Below, piece by piece: positions 10,636 through 23,974 of a stretch of 64,000 bases of DNA. Position 1 is the stretch's first letter; every line of letters begins with the position of its first letter. The stretch is from Octopus sinensis. Lineage: Eukaryota. Made by a program: the position numbers and the translations under genes. The notes below the pieces were generated by a model, which did no database searches, had not been told where the DNA came from, and was given only the letters and a program-made list of their open reading frames with translations. Where the stretch lies: the NCBI RefSeq assembly GCF_006345805.1, contig NC_043009.1, positions 29,884,001-29,948,000 of the forward strand. The letters run 5' to 3'.

Positions 10636-13600
10636 ATGCGTGGAACAACACGATCATCCCCGACCTCAAACACCATGTACAAAGGAACTACGAAGAAATT
10701 AAATGCCACCGATACTATTCAACCCAAGAATAACAATCGAACGGTACGTACATTAAACTTACAACAAAAAATGTACGAAAAACTACACGTGCGAAATAAT
10801 GTGACAACAGAAATAAACGGACCGGTACCCTACGAAAATGACGACCGTCAAAATAATGGGCCGGACGTTGTACCTCATGTCCCGCAAATAAAACCCAAAA
10901 GACGTAAATGGACACGTGAGGAATACATTTCTATCTTACACGCATACTTCACAGCAATGCTCTACCCAAAAAATGAAAATACAACACACATACATATAAA
11001 ATATGGAAGGAAAGTAATAGAGATATAGACTTGGATACAGCAATGAACCCTAATATATTAGCTAACGTACGAAGATACATTCTCAAAGCCAAAAAAATAT
11101 CAGAAATAGAAATAGAACATTTAAAAGAAAAAATAAACCAGGAAAATGTAGATAGAAGCCACACAACAATGCCCAATAATATAAACATTGAAACTGTAAA
11201 ACACGAAGACAAACGCAACATTCCCAACAAACACGATGTAAACAACGAAGGGGAGCCTAATGATTATGATAATATAAAAAATAAAATAATCAAAGAACTG
11301 AAAACCACAGAGCCCAAAATGGACCACCGACCATACCTCCCAAGAATAAAAATAAACGCAATAACAACACCAATTATAAACAACATAAACCTAGCCGTCA
11401 CTGAACTAGCCACTGAAACAAAAAAAAGTGATATCACTGAACTAAATGACTTGATATACGCAGCAGCCACTGCAGCCACAAAAGAAGCTGGATACTCACC
11501 CAAACCCGCCCAAACAGGAGTACCACCACCCAAACAAACCCTGTGGATAAATAACATCCAAAACAAAAAAAAAAAAAAATAGAAAATACCTTTCTATTCT
11601 TAATGAAATCAGCAAACAAGCAACGCTACTGAGCAACAAAAAGAGAACAAAAATGCTCCGCAAATATAACATCACAGAAAAAGATTTGCCGGAGATAAAA
11701 GAAAAGCTGAAGCAAGATATCCTTGCCAAAGATCAAAGGATCCGTCGGTACGAGAAACGCCAACGCTTCTTTGAACAAAACAAAAAGTTCAACTCCAACC
11801 CCAAAAAGTTCTACCAAGAACTGGGAAAAAATAAAATAGAAGTCACTGCAGCGCCAACGGCAGAAGAATTGGAAAAATTCTGGAGAGAAATATGGTCGGC
11901 GAACGAACAGCCAAAAAAAAGGAGTATCAAAATAACAAACTCGGCATCTGAACAACTTTGTACCCCCATAACAACTGAAGAGGTCACCCAGGCACTGCAA
12001 AAACTAAGCAACTGGAAGGCACCTGGGCATGACAAGATCCCCAACTTCTGGTTGAAATATCTAACAGGAATGCACAAAAAGCTGGCTGAAAACTTTAACA
12101 GCATACTAGCAGAGCCAGAGACAATGCCTGAATGGCTCACGAAGGGCAAAACCATCTTAATTCCCAAATCAAATGAAACAACAAAACCAGAAAACTACAG
12201 ACCAATAACCTGCCTCCCTACTATGTTCAAGGCATTTACTGCAGTGATATCGCAAAGGCTGAACAAGCACCTGGACGAAAACAACCTGTTCCCAGAAGAG
12301 CAGAAAGGATGCCGCAAAGGCTCATATGGCTGTAAAGATCAACTAATGATTAATAAAGCCGTAACTGAAGACAGCCACAGAAAGAAGAAAGGCCTCAGTA
12401 TGGCCTGGATTGACTACAAAAAGGCGTTTGATAGCATCCCCCACACATGGATCCTCGAAACACTAGCCATTAACAAAGTAGCACCAACAATCATAAAATT
12501 CATAGAGCACTCTATGAATAAATGGCAAACAGTCCTACACCTCCAAACAAAAGAGGGACTCATGAAAACCAAAGACATCCCCATTAGAAGAGGAATATTC
12601 CAGGGAGACACGCTCTCTCTACTCCTTTTCTGCTTGGCACTGTCACCTCTATCTGATATGCTAAATAGAGCTGGATGCGGATATAAATGTTACGGCAAAA
12701 CGATCAGCCACCTTTTATATATGGAGACCTAAAACTATACGCTGCAAATGACAACAGCTGGAAACACTATTAAAGACAGTTCATGGATTTACCAAAGAAG
12801 TAGATATGAAATTTGGATTAGAAAAATGCGCCAAAGTAACCATGAAAAGAGGAAAACTAGTTAAGAGTAACAACATCACACTAGATAAAACCAATGAAAT
12901 AAAAGAATTAGACCAAAGCCAAACTTACAAATACTTAGGAATCCATGAACTAGATAAGACACAACACACACAAATGAAAGAGAAAATAAAAAAAGAATAT
13001 TATAGACGAGTTAGATCAATACTAAACACAGAGCTCAATGCTAAAAACAAGATAATAGGTATCAACACTTTAGCTGTCCCAGTTATAAGTTACAGCTACA
13101 ATATCCTTAACTGGACACGAAATGAACTGTCCAAAATAGATAGGAAAACAAGAAAAATACTGACAGGATCTAGGATGCATCACCCAAAATCTGACATAGA
13201 AAGACTATATATACAACGTATAGAAGGTGGTAAAATAACTACCATAGGACTGCAAAAATATCTACTTCAGAAGGAAGGAAAACTGATCCAGATAGCAGCA
13301 AAACACGAGCAAAACAAAAAACTGTTCTCAGTATTTAAGGAAGCTGACAAATACAAACAAGAAATCATACCACCTAATAAACACAAAGAAGAAGAAGAAG
13401 ATGATGAAGAAACAACAAAAGCTATAAAACAAATGAAATCCAAACTAAAAATAGAACAGCAACGAGCCATGATAAAACGATGGCAAGAAAAGCCCCTTCA
13501 TGGTAAATACCGCACTAAACTAAACGCAAAAGAAATAGACAAAGAAAAATCCCAGCAATGGTTGAGAAGCTCAGGACTCAAAGCAGAAACAGAGGGATTT

Positions 13601-14247
13601 TTAATTGCAGCACAAGACCAAAGCCTCCCCACCAGAAATTACCAAAAACATGTAATGAAAAGAAATAATACAAGTAACTGCAGAATATGTGGAGATGGAC
13701 AAGAAACAATAAATCATATTATCTCTAGCTGCCCAGTCCTGGCTAAGAAGGAATATATTCACAGTCATGACAGAGTTGGAACCTACATACATTGGAAGCT
13801 ATGCCAACATTATGGAATAACAACAGGAAAAAGATGGTATAGGCACACACCAGAAAAGGTCACAGAAAACGAGAAAGCAACCATACTCTGGGATATGCCG
13901 ATACACACAGATAGAGAAATTAAGGCCAACACACCAGATATAGTTGTCAGAGATCATGAAGAAAAAAAATGCTTTCTAATTGATGTATCAATACCGGCAG
14001 ATGACAACGTGTCTCTAAAAGAAATGGAGAAACCCTCAAAATACAAAGACCTGGAAATAGAGGTAACTAGAATGTGGAACCTGAAAACAGAAACAATTCC
14101 TATCATAGTAGGTGCATAGGCATGATAAAAAAATATTCAGACAAATACATAACAAAAACACCAGGACTTACAAACACATATAGCATACAGAAAATTGCAC
14201 TACTAGGCACTGCACACATCCTACGCAGAACACTTTCCATACAATAA
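10636..14247 (+). pseudogene. RT-RLE polyprotein of the R4/Dong element, at least 4 frameshifts
   Basis: RT motifs WKAPGHDKIPNFWLK, NYRPITCLPTMFK, AWIDYKKAFDSIPH and RGIFQGDTLS. YMDD is broken by a 1-bp deletion near 12725 (ATGGAGACCT). Other shifts occur near 11.0 kb, at the poly-A 11566-79 and near 14117. The C-terminal QKIALLGTAHILRRTLSIQ ends at 14247. Confidence 0.92.
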
Positions 14248-15224
14248 CCATCAGAGCATCACAACAAATCACAGCACATACCCAAGGCACACAGAGCTGC
14301 GCTCGGTAGTGAAGTGAAAGCACGCTATAAAAATAAAACTACTGAATAATATAATAATAATAATAATAATGTATCAGCCGTAACAAAAAAAATAGGTACT
14401 ATCGTTTACTTGTTCTCCAAGATGGTGCCCCAACATGCCGCAATATAATGCCTGCAAGAAGCGATAAAAGATTCATACATACATACACACATACATACAT
14501 ACATACATACATACATACATACATACATACATACATACATACATGCATAAATGCACATATACATACATATTTTTTGCAGTTCCATTATAGATAAGATCAA
14601 CAAATAAAGTCCCCTATCCAGTGAAAGAAAAATATTATTTGACATACAAAATTACCAAACAGCTACTAACAATGTAATGCTTTAAGATACATTAAACTAG
14701 CAGATTTACATAACATGCCTCCAGGCAATCTTTCAGACTCAGTTCCTTAAGTTAGATGTATTTAAAAAGCAGGATGCTGGACCATGGAAACACTTAAGGG
14801 GAGAAAAAAAAAACAGAAGAAAAAAGCGAAGAAAGTAGATGTACACACGCACGTGCATTGAGCATTATTGTGAGTTGAAATTTTACGTTGGAAAAAAAAG
14901 GTAAATTCTGATGATTTGGGACAAATCCTCTTTGAGTTACAGGTGTTGTTATTCCTTTGGAATTTAGCTATTTTTCCTACATTGAAATCGATTAATTTCT
15001 GACAAGTCACATGGATCAGTTGTAGCACCAAGGTTTAGTTTAAAAGTCATGTGACAAACAACCGAAGAGTAATTTACAAATTCATGCGAGGAACCTAAAG
15101 TAATGGATTATATGCAGAATATGCAAAATTAAGCAAGATATTTCTGTAATAAAATATGCAAGATGATATTTATTTTTATATTCTTATATATATGGATTTA
15201 TATTAGGTATAGACTCTCTCTCGG

Positions 15225-15286
<62 letters not shown>

Positions 15287-15430
15287 TGTCATACTGTATG
15301 CGTCCGTATGTGCCCTGTACGTAAGTATGTATGCATACATGTATGTATGTATGTATATATATATGTATATGTATATATATATGTATATGTATATATGTAT
15401 ATATATGCACATATATATATGTATATATAT

Positions 15431-15461
<31 letters not shown>

Positions 15462-15751
15462 GTCTATATATATGAATATATGTATATATATATGTGTAAG
15501 TATATGCATGACATGCACACACACACGCACATGCACAGACATATGTGTATGCGCACGTGTGGATTTGAATAGGTTTATTCCTAAAGTCACAAAAACACAC
15601 ACTCACACACACACGTTCACACAACCACGCACTTTGAAACACTAGAACAATCAAACAATCCACATATGTATGTAAATTTATTCCAGCATAAATAGTTTTG
15701 TCATCGTTAATATTCTTCTCCTTCCTACATATTCACATGCTCCACTTCATC

Positions 15752-16372
15752 ACTGATCATCATCATCATCATCTTCATCATCATCATCATCATAATCAAT
15801 ATCATCATCATCATCATCATCATCATCGTCATCATCAACATCAACATCATCATTTACACCAACAAAATCCACACGAACATCACATCAATTTTGCATCTAA
15901 TGTTCTTGTTTTGTTTGCCACCATTCAGTTGTTTAAAAGCAATAAACAAAATATCTGGCAATATTTACTCACATCTTTTTACGGTCTGCGTTCAAGTCGT
16001 GGCCAATTTTTGCCCTTCAATATCAGTCAAATGCATCGCACGAACGAACGAACGATCCTCAGTCACATATTCAATCACTTTGAGCATCATCAGCACCACC
16101 ACTACAGTCATCATCACCACCACCACCACCACCACCACCATCACCACCACCACCATCGCCGCCGCCACCACTACCACCACCACCGCCGCCACCACCACCA
16201 CCGCCACCATCACCATCATCACCACCATCACCACCACCACCATCACCACCATCACCATCATCACCACCATCACCACCACCACCATCACCACCATCACCAC
16301 CACCACCATCACCATCATCACCACCACCATCACCATCACCATCATCATCATCATCATTATCATCACCATCAC

Positions 16373-16398
<26 letters not shown>
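15752..16398. repeat. Compound (CAT)n/(CAC)n trinucleotide repeats
   Basis: Direct inspection; explains the poly-His/Thr/Met-Val pseudo-ORFs. Confidence 0.95.
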
Positions 16399-16404
<6 letters not shown>

Positions 16405-16626
16405 CCATCATCATCACCTTTATCATCGTGGTTAGAATCAGAGAAGATGCAGGGTTTATTTTAAAAAATTTTATGTATATGTGAATTTTGATTTTATAAC
16501 TTTTATAACTGCATTATGCCGCCTTCTCATCAGGAAAAACAAGGACAGCCTTCGAAACATATGTCAAGAATAAAGGAATTTTGTAAAATCGTCGTTCAAC
16601 TCCATTCTTTCATTTATATATATATA

Positions 16627-16660
<34 letters not shown>

Positions 16661-16667
<7 letters not shown>

Positions 16668-16932
16668 GAGAGAGAATCTAGTAAAGTGGACGCCCTTACG
16701 CTAACCACTAAAAATTGTTCTCAAGAAAAACTTAGCACACTATGAACGTAAGTGCGCAGGACAAATGAAAAATAACAAAAATACAGATTAACCTCACACA
16801 ATTGTTTCACTGTTAATAAATTATGCAATTTTACTTACACAAGTAAGTAAAATTGCTAAGTTTTTCTTGAGAACAAATTTTTAGTGGTTAGTGTAAGGGT
16901 GTCCACTTTAGTGGATTCTCTCTCATATGTGT
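16661..16932. mobile_element. MITE-like fold-back element with about 77-bp terminal inverted repeats and an internal hairpin
   Basis: 16661-16737 is the reverse complement of about 16854-16932. Internal hairpin GCAATTTTACTTAC-ACAA-GTAAGTAAAATTGC at about 16825-16856. Confidence 0.8.
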
Positions 16933-17812
16933 ATTAATAATATTTACTGAATCTCAGTTTTTTATGCGCTAAACCACAATTTTTTCACTCTCATTTTGAT
17001 TATATATATATATATATTTCAAAGATTATCTCACAAACAGTCATCTGTCTTCAATTTAAGACATAAATGAAAGATGTAGATAAAAAACTAAACGCATTTA
17101 ACTGATATAATCTTTCACCCAATTGCTGACGCTGATAAATGTTTTGAGTTGGGACATCGAAGTTGTTTGATATACATACACGCGTTTTCGTACAAGAGAC
17201 CGGGAAGCAAATCAGTGGTGGCTCTAACTTTTTAGACACTCCGTTGAGATATCTTTAAATAGAGATTTAATTGCAATACCAACACAAGTGTGGCACAGTA
17301 TTGACTTTGCCGTATACTGTGTTTGCACAACGAAATTCGGTGTCCTTACAAGCTATTAAAAATTGTGTGTGTATGATGTAGTAGTAGTAGCAGTAGTAGT
17401 AGTAGTAGTAGTTGCAGCAGCAGCAGTAGTTACAGCAGCAGCAGTAGTAGCAGCAGCAGCAGCAGCAAATTGTTCGTTTTTCATTAGCATATTTGTATTT
17501 TCCCGATATCTGCCTTCTTACGTGACAGTCAGACTACCTTAAAGGAAAAGCTAAATAGATCTCTTAATCCATAAATAGATGGGCATTAGTCATTTGCAAG
17601 TTAGAACCTTTTTTCTGACTATGCTTCAAATGTACTTTAAGAGTAAGGTTGACTGTTTCAACCATTATAATATACCTAACACCCTCCCTCCCTCCCTCCC
17701 TACCTACCTACCTACCTATACATACATATTACATACGTACATACATACATATATTCATTAATTCGTACATATGCACATTCATTCATTGATATATACATGC
17801 ATACACACACAC

Positions 17813-17856
<44 letters not shown>

Positions 17857-17954
17857 CTCTCAGGAAAGGGCGGAACGTTACTGTTATTTAGCCCCAAGAA
17901 ACACCGTTTCTATTCTTTTCTGCTCTAGACACAAAGACCGAGATTTTTTGGGGG

Positions 17955-18580
17955 GGGGGGTACCTGTCGCTTAGATCGACCCCAGTGCACAGTTGGTACT
18001 TAATTTATCGACCCCGAAAGGATGAAAGGCAAAGTCGACCTCGGCTGGATTTGAACTCAGAAAGACAAAATACCGCTAAGCATTTCGCCCGGTGTGCTAA
18101 CGATTCTGCTAGCTCTGCCACGCACACACATATATATATATATAATAGTATATATATATATATTTCTTTATCGCCCACAGGAAGCTATACATAGAGGGGA
18201 GAAAGAAGGGCAGAGAAACGGATTAAGTCGATTACATCGACCCCAGTGGTACTTATTTGGTACTTATTTAATCGACTTCGATAGGATGAAAGGCAAACTC
18301 GACCTCGGCAGAGATTGAACTCAGACTTTAACGGCAGACGAAATGCTTATTTCTTTACTACCCGCAAGGGGCTAAACACAGAGAGGACAAACAAGGACAG
18401 ATAAACGCATTAAGTCGATCATATCGACCGCAGTGCGTAACTGGTACTTATTTAATCCACCCCGAAAGGATGAAAAGCAAAGTCGACCTCGGCGGAATTT
18501 GAACTCATACCGTAACGGCAGACGAAATATGGCTGCGCATTTTGCCCGGCGTACTAACGTTTCTGCCAGCTCGCCGCCTT
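17955..18580 (-). mobile_element. Cluster of three tRNA-derived SINE copies (AAGGCGG family)
   Basis: The core GGATGAAAGGCAAAGTCGACCTCGGCGGAATTTGAACTC recurs at about 18020, 18285 and 18470. The complete head ends at 18580. Confidence 0.88.
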
Positions 18581-18923
18581 GAAACAGCGTTTCCAGTTGG
18601 CTACGCGACACAAGCGTTCATGTCGTTAAGTTTTCTTAAAGAGGAGATAAGCACCTCCACCCAGCGAACGCCACCACTTTATATATGGACACACACACAC
18701 ACATATATAAGTAATAGTATATATATAATCATCCAGTAACACGCACTGTCAGCACACACGTACACACACACACACACACAACACACTCACATATATAGCA
18801 TCAAACCAGCGCGATTAGAATTCGGAATTTTCATTGGAAACTACAAAGCTGATCTTCCGTTTGTGTTCCATGTTGTTTTACGGAAGATCACTTTCCTGTC
18901 ACGTACTGGAGAAAGTTACTCAC

Positions 18924-19107
18924 GCTCCTTGAGTTGATGGGACGTGAAGGCCTTGGACAAATAACAAATACTTTTGTTAAAATTCACAGAATGGCACCAA
19001 TCCACATGCTGAGATTCGTAATTTATTTTATTGATGGCAGAATGATGAAATGTTAATTTAACTTCAGCAGAAACGAAGCGATAATGGTAAAAACATTTCA
19101 AAAATAT
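18924..19107 (-). CDS. Candidate internal coding exon (184 nt, phase 0 to 1)
   Basis: Acceptor CAATACTTTCAG|, open frame IFLKCFYHYRFVSAEVKLTFHHSAINKINYESQHVDWCHSVNFNKSICYLSKAFTSHQLKE, donor |GTGAGT. No known domain recognised. Confidence 0.35.
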
Positions 19108-20619
19108 CTGAAAGTATTGTCTAATGCTGTAATGATACCCCAGATTCTCCGCTTTAAAACAGAAATTTCTTATAACACTGTATCGTATTGATTCAGTGAT
19201 AATATATTTAATGCTGGGTACATACAATAACGAACTAGAAAACAATATTTTCATCATTAATATGTGAAAAAAGTGTGTTTGTTCCTTATTGATTAGCGTA
19301 TGTTTCAAGATGCTGTTAAAGATGATACCGCTTGTTATATATCTAACTTGTAATAAATGAATTTTCTTTCTAGGTAATATTTCAGATGTTTCACTGTTAA
19401 CAAATTATATATTACTATGCTCTGTTGTCCTTCAGCAAAATCCATATATGTAGCAATAAATTGTAGTCAGGAATAATAGGTGTGAAGATGAACAGTAATA
19501 TGGCAAGAATACGCTACTTTACAATAGATACCATATTTTCATTCGCACCATGGAAGACAAGTAAGCATATTTCTTATTTCCAACTTTAGTTGCTGAATTC
19601 AATTTTGCGATCTTAACAATAGATAGAGATATGTGAAGAAAATGTTTTCTTGGAAATTTATCGAAAGCTGAGATGAAAGTTCATACTTGAAATGTCATCT
19701 GAAACGACAAAGCAAAATTTATAATAATAACAAGTTTTAACTCAGTTTGGGGTTTCCAAATTTATGGGAAACACGAAAGTAGAGGTTATACTAAATTCTA
19801 GTAAAGGATATTGGTTATTTGTACATAAGTATTACATTGTAACTGACAAATATGATAGCAATTCTTTTGGTGTCGGTATTTCTCGTTTAAGTACAAAAGA
19901 TGAGTTTTGCAAAGGAGAGGAAGGTTTTCAACTGATATATTTTTTAGTTATTTTCTTTCTGCATGATTTGACAATCACTCAGTGTTTTAGCACTGGTAGC
20001 TAATGTGTTTTCACGTAACGTCACTCAAAGCAATAAGTGACGGAGTCTGTTTCTCTATAAAATCCTAAACTCATTTCTGAGTGCACTATTTATAGTTACA
20101 CATAAAAAGCTTCAAAATGATTTTATTGAGATGCGCAGTGAAGAGTTAATATGTTACAAAGTCGGCACTCGCAGACAATTAAACACATAACTGTTCGTGA
20201 ATATTTCGTTTTTGGATTTGGTTTGCAAGATTCTTTATATGAATTCGTGTGTTGAAGCATATTCTGAGAGTCAAAACTATTGAAAAGGTTGCAACGCGTA
20301 ACGAAAATTGTAGGAAAATAAAAATAAGAAGTGTAAATTTTACCGGTGAGTGTGTTAAATAATAAGGCACAAAAAGAAAATGACTCTCCCAGACACAACA
20401 GAATGTTTATGAATACATAACATTGAGAGTAACTTCAAAAACGTTAACATCGATAAATTTTCAGGGACAAAATATATTCATAACGGAAATCATTGTTGAC
20501 CATAGCCGAGCCATATTTCTAGAAGAATGAAAACTTTGGCTGGGATTTTAGCATGAAAGTAAAGACAACATTATCAAGCACCTGCATAATTTCGCATTTC
20601 AATTATGAAATGCAGAATG

Positions 20620-21215
20620 ACCTGTCGTGATGTGGGCGCCGACGGTGATGTGAACGCAACCAACACCCAAGCGTGGAAATACATCGGGTCAGCCTGAACG
20701 GCATTCAAGCGACTCCTGTACGACCACAGATCCTCCTTCAGGATCCCAGAAAGACGATCCTTGCATCACTGGCCAACTACGTGTGGCGCCTCAAAAATTA
20801 GGGGATCCCATACAATATCAAGTAAAAGATCTTAGCAAGGCCGGGATCCCACATCAACGGCAGTGTTCTCGAAATCCTAGGTTACTGAATACTCGCCAAG
20901 AAATCTTCAGGATTGCCCGATCGCTAAATTCAGAAGATTTCTTACGATCTAAAAGCCACCCAAGGGATAAATCTTTTGTTACCCTCTCCCGGCCCACAGA
21001 TAGCTTGTCTAAGGGAGATAACTTGTGTTCACAAATGGTGGAATATTTAACCTTTGACGACTAAATGACGATTGACCGTAACAGACATCTGCCTCCCAGA
21101 ATTGAAGATTTAAATTTGCCTTCGGACTAGACTCTGGTGAGTCGTCCGCAAAGCTATAACCTTCGTGAATACGAAACCATCGGTCACTCTATGACCAGGC
21201 GCTAACTTTATTATT
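20620..21215 (+). mobile_element. Penelope-like element 3' remnant: decayed GIY-YIG endonuclease plus 3' hammerhead region
   Basis: Translation with stops and shifts gives WKYIGSA*TAFKRLLYDHRSSFR...LANYVWRLKN*GIPYNIK*KILA (YIG at 20680-88), typical of PLE GIY-YIG domains. GC-richer than the flanks. Confidence 0.78.
21129..21190 (+). ncRNA. Decayed type I hammerhead at the PLE 3' end
   Basis: AGACT-CTGGTGA-GT...AC-GAAAC-C(ATC)G-GTC/ACTCT. A6G core change and one stem I mismatch. Confidence 0.6.
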
Positions 21216-21298
21216 TTAATACTTTACTGCTCTATACTTCAGAGTCTGCCTCTTTTTCGGATATATAATACATGATAATATATATATATATAATATAT

Positions 21299-21332
<34 letters not shown>

Positions 21333-23105
21333 ATTAAATTAGGCAACCGTTTAGCAATGTATTACCAAAATGGAAGACAATAATTGTTATTAAATATGAC
21401 TAAGGGTGTTAAAACACCTACAACGCTAGAAATAAGAGCTAAAGTGCTCTAATCCTTCAATCAACGCACATAATTCTATACGTACATACTGGTAGCGTCA
21501 GTAAACTGCCGAATGTAGCAGCCGTGATAACCGTGAACCGTCAACATATACAGATATATGCAAAACCGCTTCATGATTAATCTTCGCACGGATACCCATA
21601 TAAATCTCTTATACATTTGTGGACATAACTTTCTAAGTTACATGCAAATCCTAAGAAATATCCACTTGTCAGAATCATTCATTAAAAATTAAGACACTGT
21701 TTTCTTTCGGTTATTGAATTGAAAATTATTTTTCTCGGCATTTAGTTCAGTCATGAATCACTTGCATGCTCGCCAATTAAAGTCTATGATTTAATAAACG
21801 AACAGTGTCATTTAAAAACAGAGAAATCAGAACCAGTGAAATGTTATCAGTGAGCGAAATATAGATTCCGATGTTTTGACGAACTGTCTAAACCGTATCA
21901 TATCAAGAAATGTTAACTTCAGAGCACAAGATTCAAACACTGTGTACTCACTTGTAAATGGCGTTTATGGGTCATATGGAAACCTGAACCGTTTGATAGA
22001 TTACTTTCTTCTCACTGAGCACCTCTGTATAATCATGGTAAAATTACCAGAGAAAGAATTAACATGCCGAAGTGCTGCTGTAGTACATATTCCTGGCAGT
22101 TAAGAGAAAATATTAGAGTAAAATGAATTAGTCTTTCCACTACAATATGATATGCACTATATAACCTATATTAACACGAACAGAAGAACTGTAAAATTTA
22201 TAATACAATGCTATTTCGATTAGGCGTTTAATTCTATTATAATTAAACTAACAAAATAAAACAAATCTTCTATACACACACACTCACATATACTAACACA
22301 CACACACATATTGTTTCGTACTCCACGCGCTCGTTTCAAACTCCCCACTTCGTATGAATATCACCATAATATTATTCCTCCTCCTCATCATCATCATCGT
22401 CATCCTTCTTCTTCAAGTATTTGTGGTACATGAATGGCTTATATAAAAAGGTAACCAAGTTCTTGAACTATCTGCATGTTCAAAACGTTCTAAGGAATTT
22501 GACCATCATAACACGAACGAATAAACAGCAAAATCATTCTTTAAATAACATAAAAAAACATATATATAGGAAAATAAAATGATTAGAAATGAAAAATTCT
22601 CATAAATGTTAAGAAACTAGATTGTAATAAAACAGAAAAAGAATTATTTTCAGTTGAAGACAATTGAAATTACATGATTGAAGTAGAAAGTCTGCGTAAT
22701 GTAAGAAAATGCTAGAAGCCTGTTTAATGAATTGATTTAGTTTGAAAGAAATAATTTCGCCTTTACTCCTTGAATCAGTATGATAATTAAAATGACAGAA
22801 AACTATAACAAGGTTATTTAATTTTCCCTACATTGCAGTAAATGATTTGCATTGAATAATTTGAAACTAAATGAAGAGAATGAAGATTTGTACACACATA
22901 CATACATCCATGCACCCATCCATTCATCGATCGATCCATCCACCCATCCATCCATCCATCCATCCATCCATCCATCCATCCATCCATCCATCCATCCATC
23001 CATCCATTCATACATACATTCATACGTACACACACATACCTAAATGCATGCATACATGCATACATATATACATAAATACATAGATATACATATATACATA
23101 GATAT

Positions 23106-23168
<63 letters not shown>

Positions 23169-23925
23169 TATATATATAAATGTACGTACGTGTGTGTAGA
23201 TATATATGTACCTGCACAAACAGTAACAATCACATAGTTAAGGGGATGATGTGCGGGAGCGTGAGCACGAATATACATGTGTTTGTGTTTGTATGTGTAT
23301 GTGTGTGTGTGTGTGTGTATATGTGTGTGTAAATATAATATTTAACACACACGCGCACACGCGTACTCACTTTATATAATTAAAAGATATAGCTGGATCA
23401 AGAGAGCGTCTAGAATCACAGTCATAATGTCGCGGTGGTGTTGGAGGACATCAGTAGTAACAAGAATTTTTAAAATTAATTTCAGTTGAGGCATTGGTAG
23501 CAGCGGGTATATATGCCGACCCTTTTCTAATATATTTCTTTGAATTCAATGTAAACATCACCATTACAACAGCAGTTCATCTTACCTATGGAAGCTCGTA
23601 CTTTAATTGAGTGTGGTTCCTAGTATGAACTGAGCATGTAACAATGGCACTGACATGCATAGATATATTCATGCTTTCGCACAGGAACACACACATGCAA
23701 CTTTAAAAATGTATATGTGTACGTACACACACACAAACGCACACACACATAAACACACACTTTTGTATGTATATATTTATATATAGATATCTTCATATAT
23801 GTATATATATTTCCTTTACTAGTTTCAGCCAGGGAGCAGCGGCCATACTAGAGTATCGCAAATGCTGGATTTCAGCCATGTGTATATATATATATAAGTA
23901 TACAAACCTTTATACATGTTGTATA

Positions 23926-23974
<49 letters not shown>

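Larger units (their letters stand above)
10336..14345 (+). mobile_element. R4/Dong-clade non-LTR retrotransposon, near full length
   Basis: Single long broken ORF with RT, CCHC zinc knuckle (CRICGDGQETINHIISSC) and restriction-like endonuclease (TPDIVV...KCFLIDVSIP...K.SKY.DL). Flanked both sides by (TAA)n, the known Dong target. Confidence 0.93.

Noticed and set aside
15698-16484. 245-aa His-rich, 197-aa Thr/Ile-rich and 144-aa Met/Val-rich ORFs
   Set aside because: They are translations of (CAT)n/(CAC)n repeats, open in several frames on both strands; the unique middle part resembles a decayed SINE.
21952-22092. 141-nt minus-strand exon-like unit
   Set aside because: Stop codons occur in all three frames despite the canonical splice signals.
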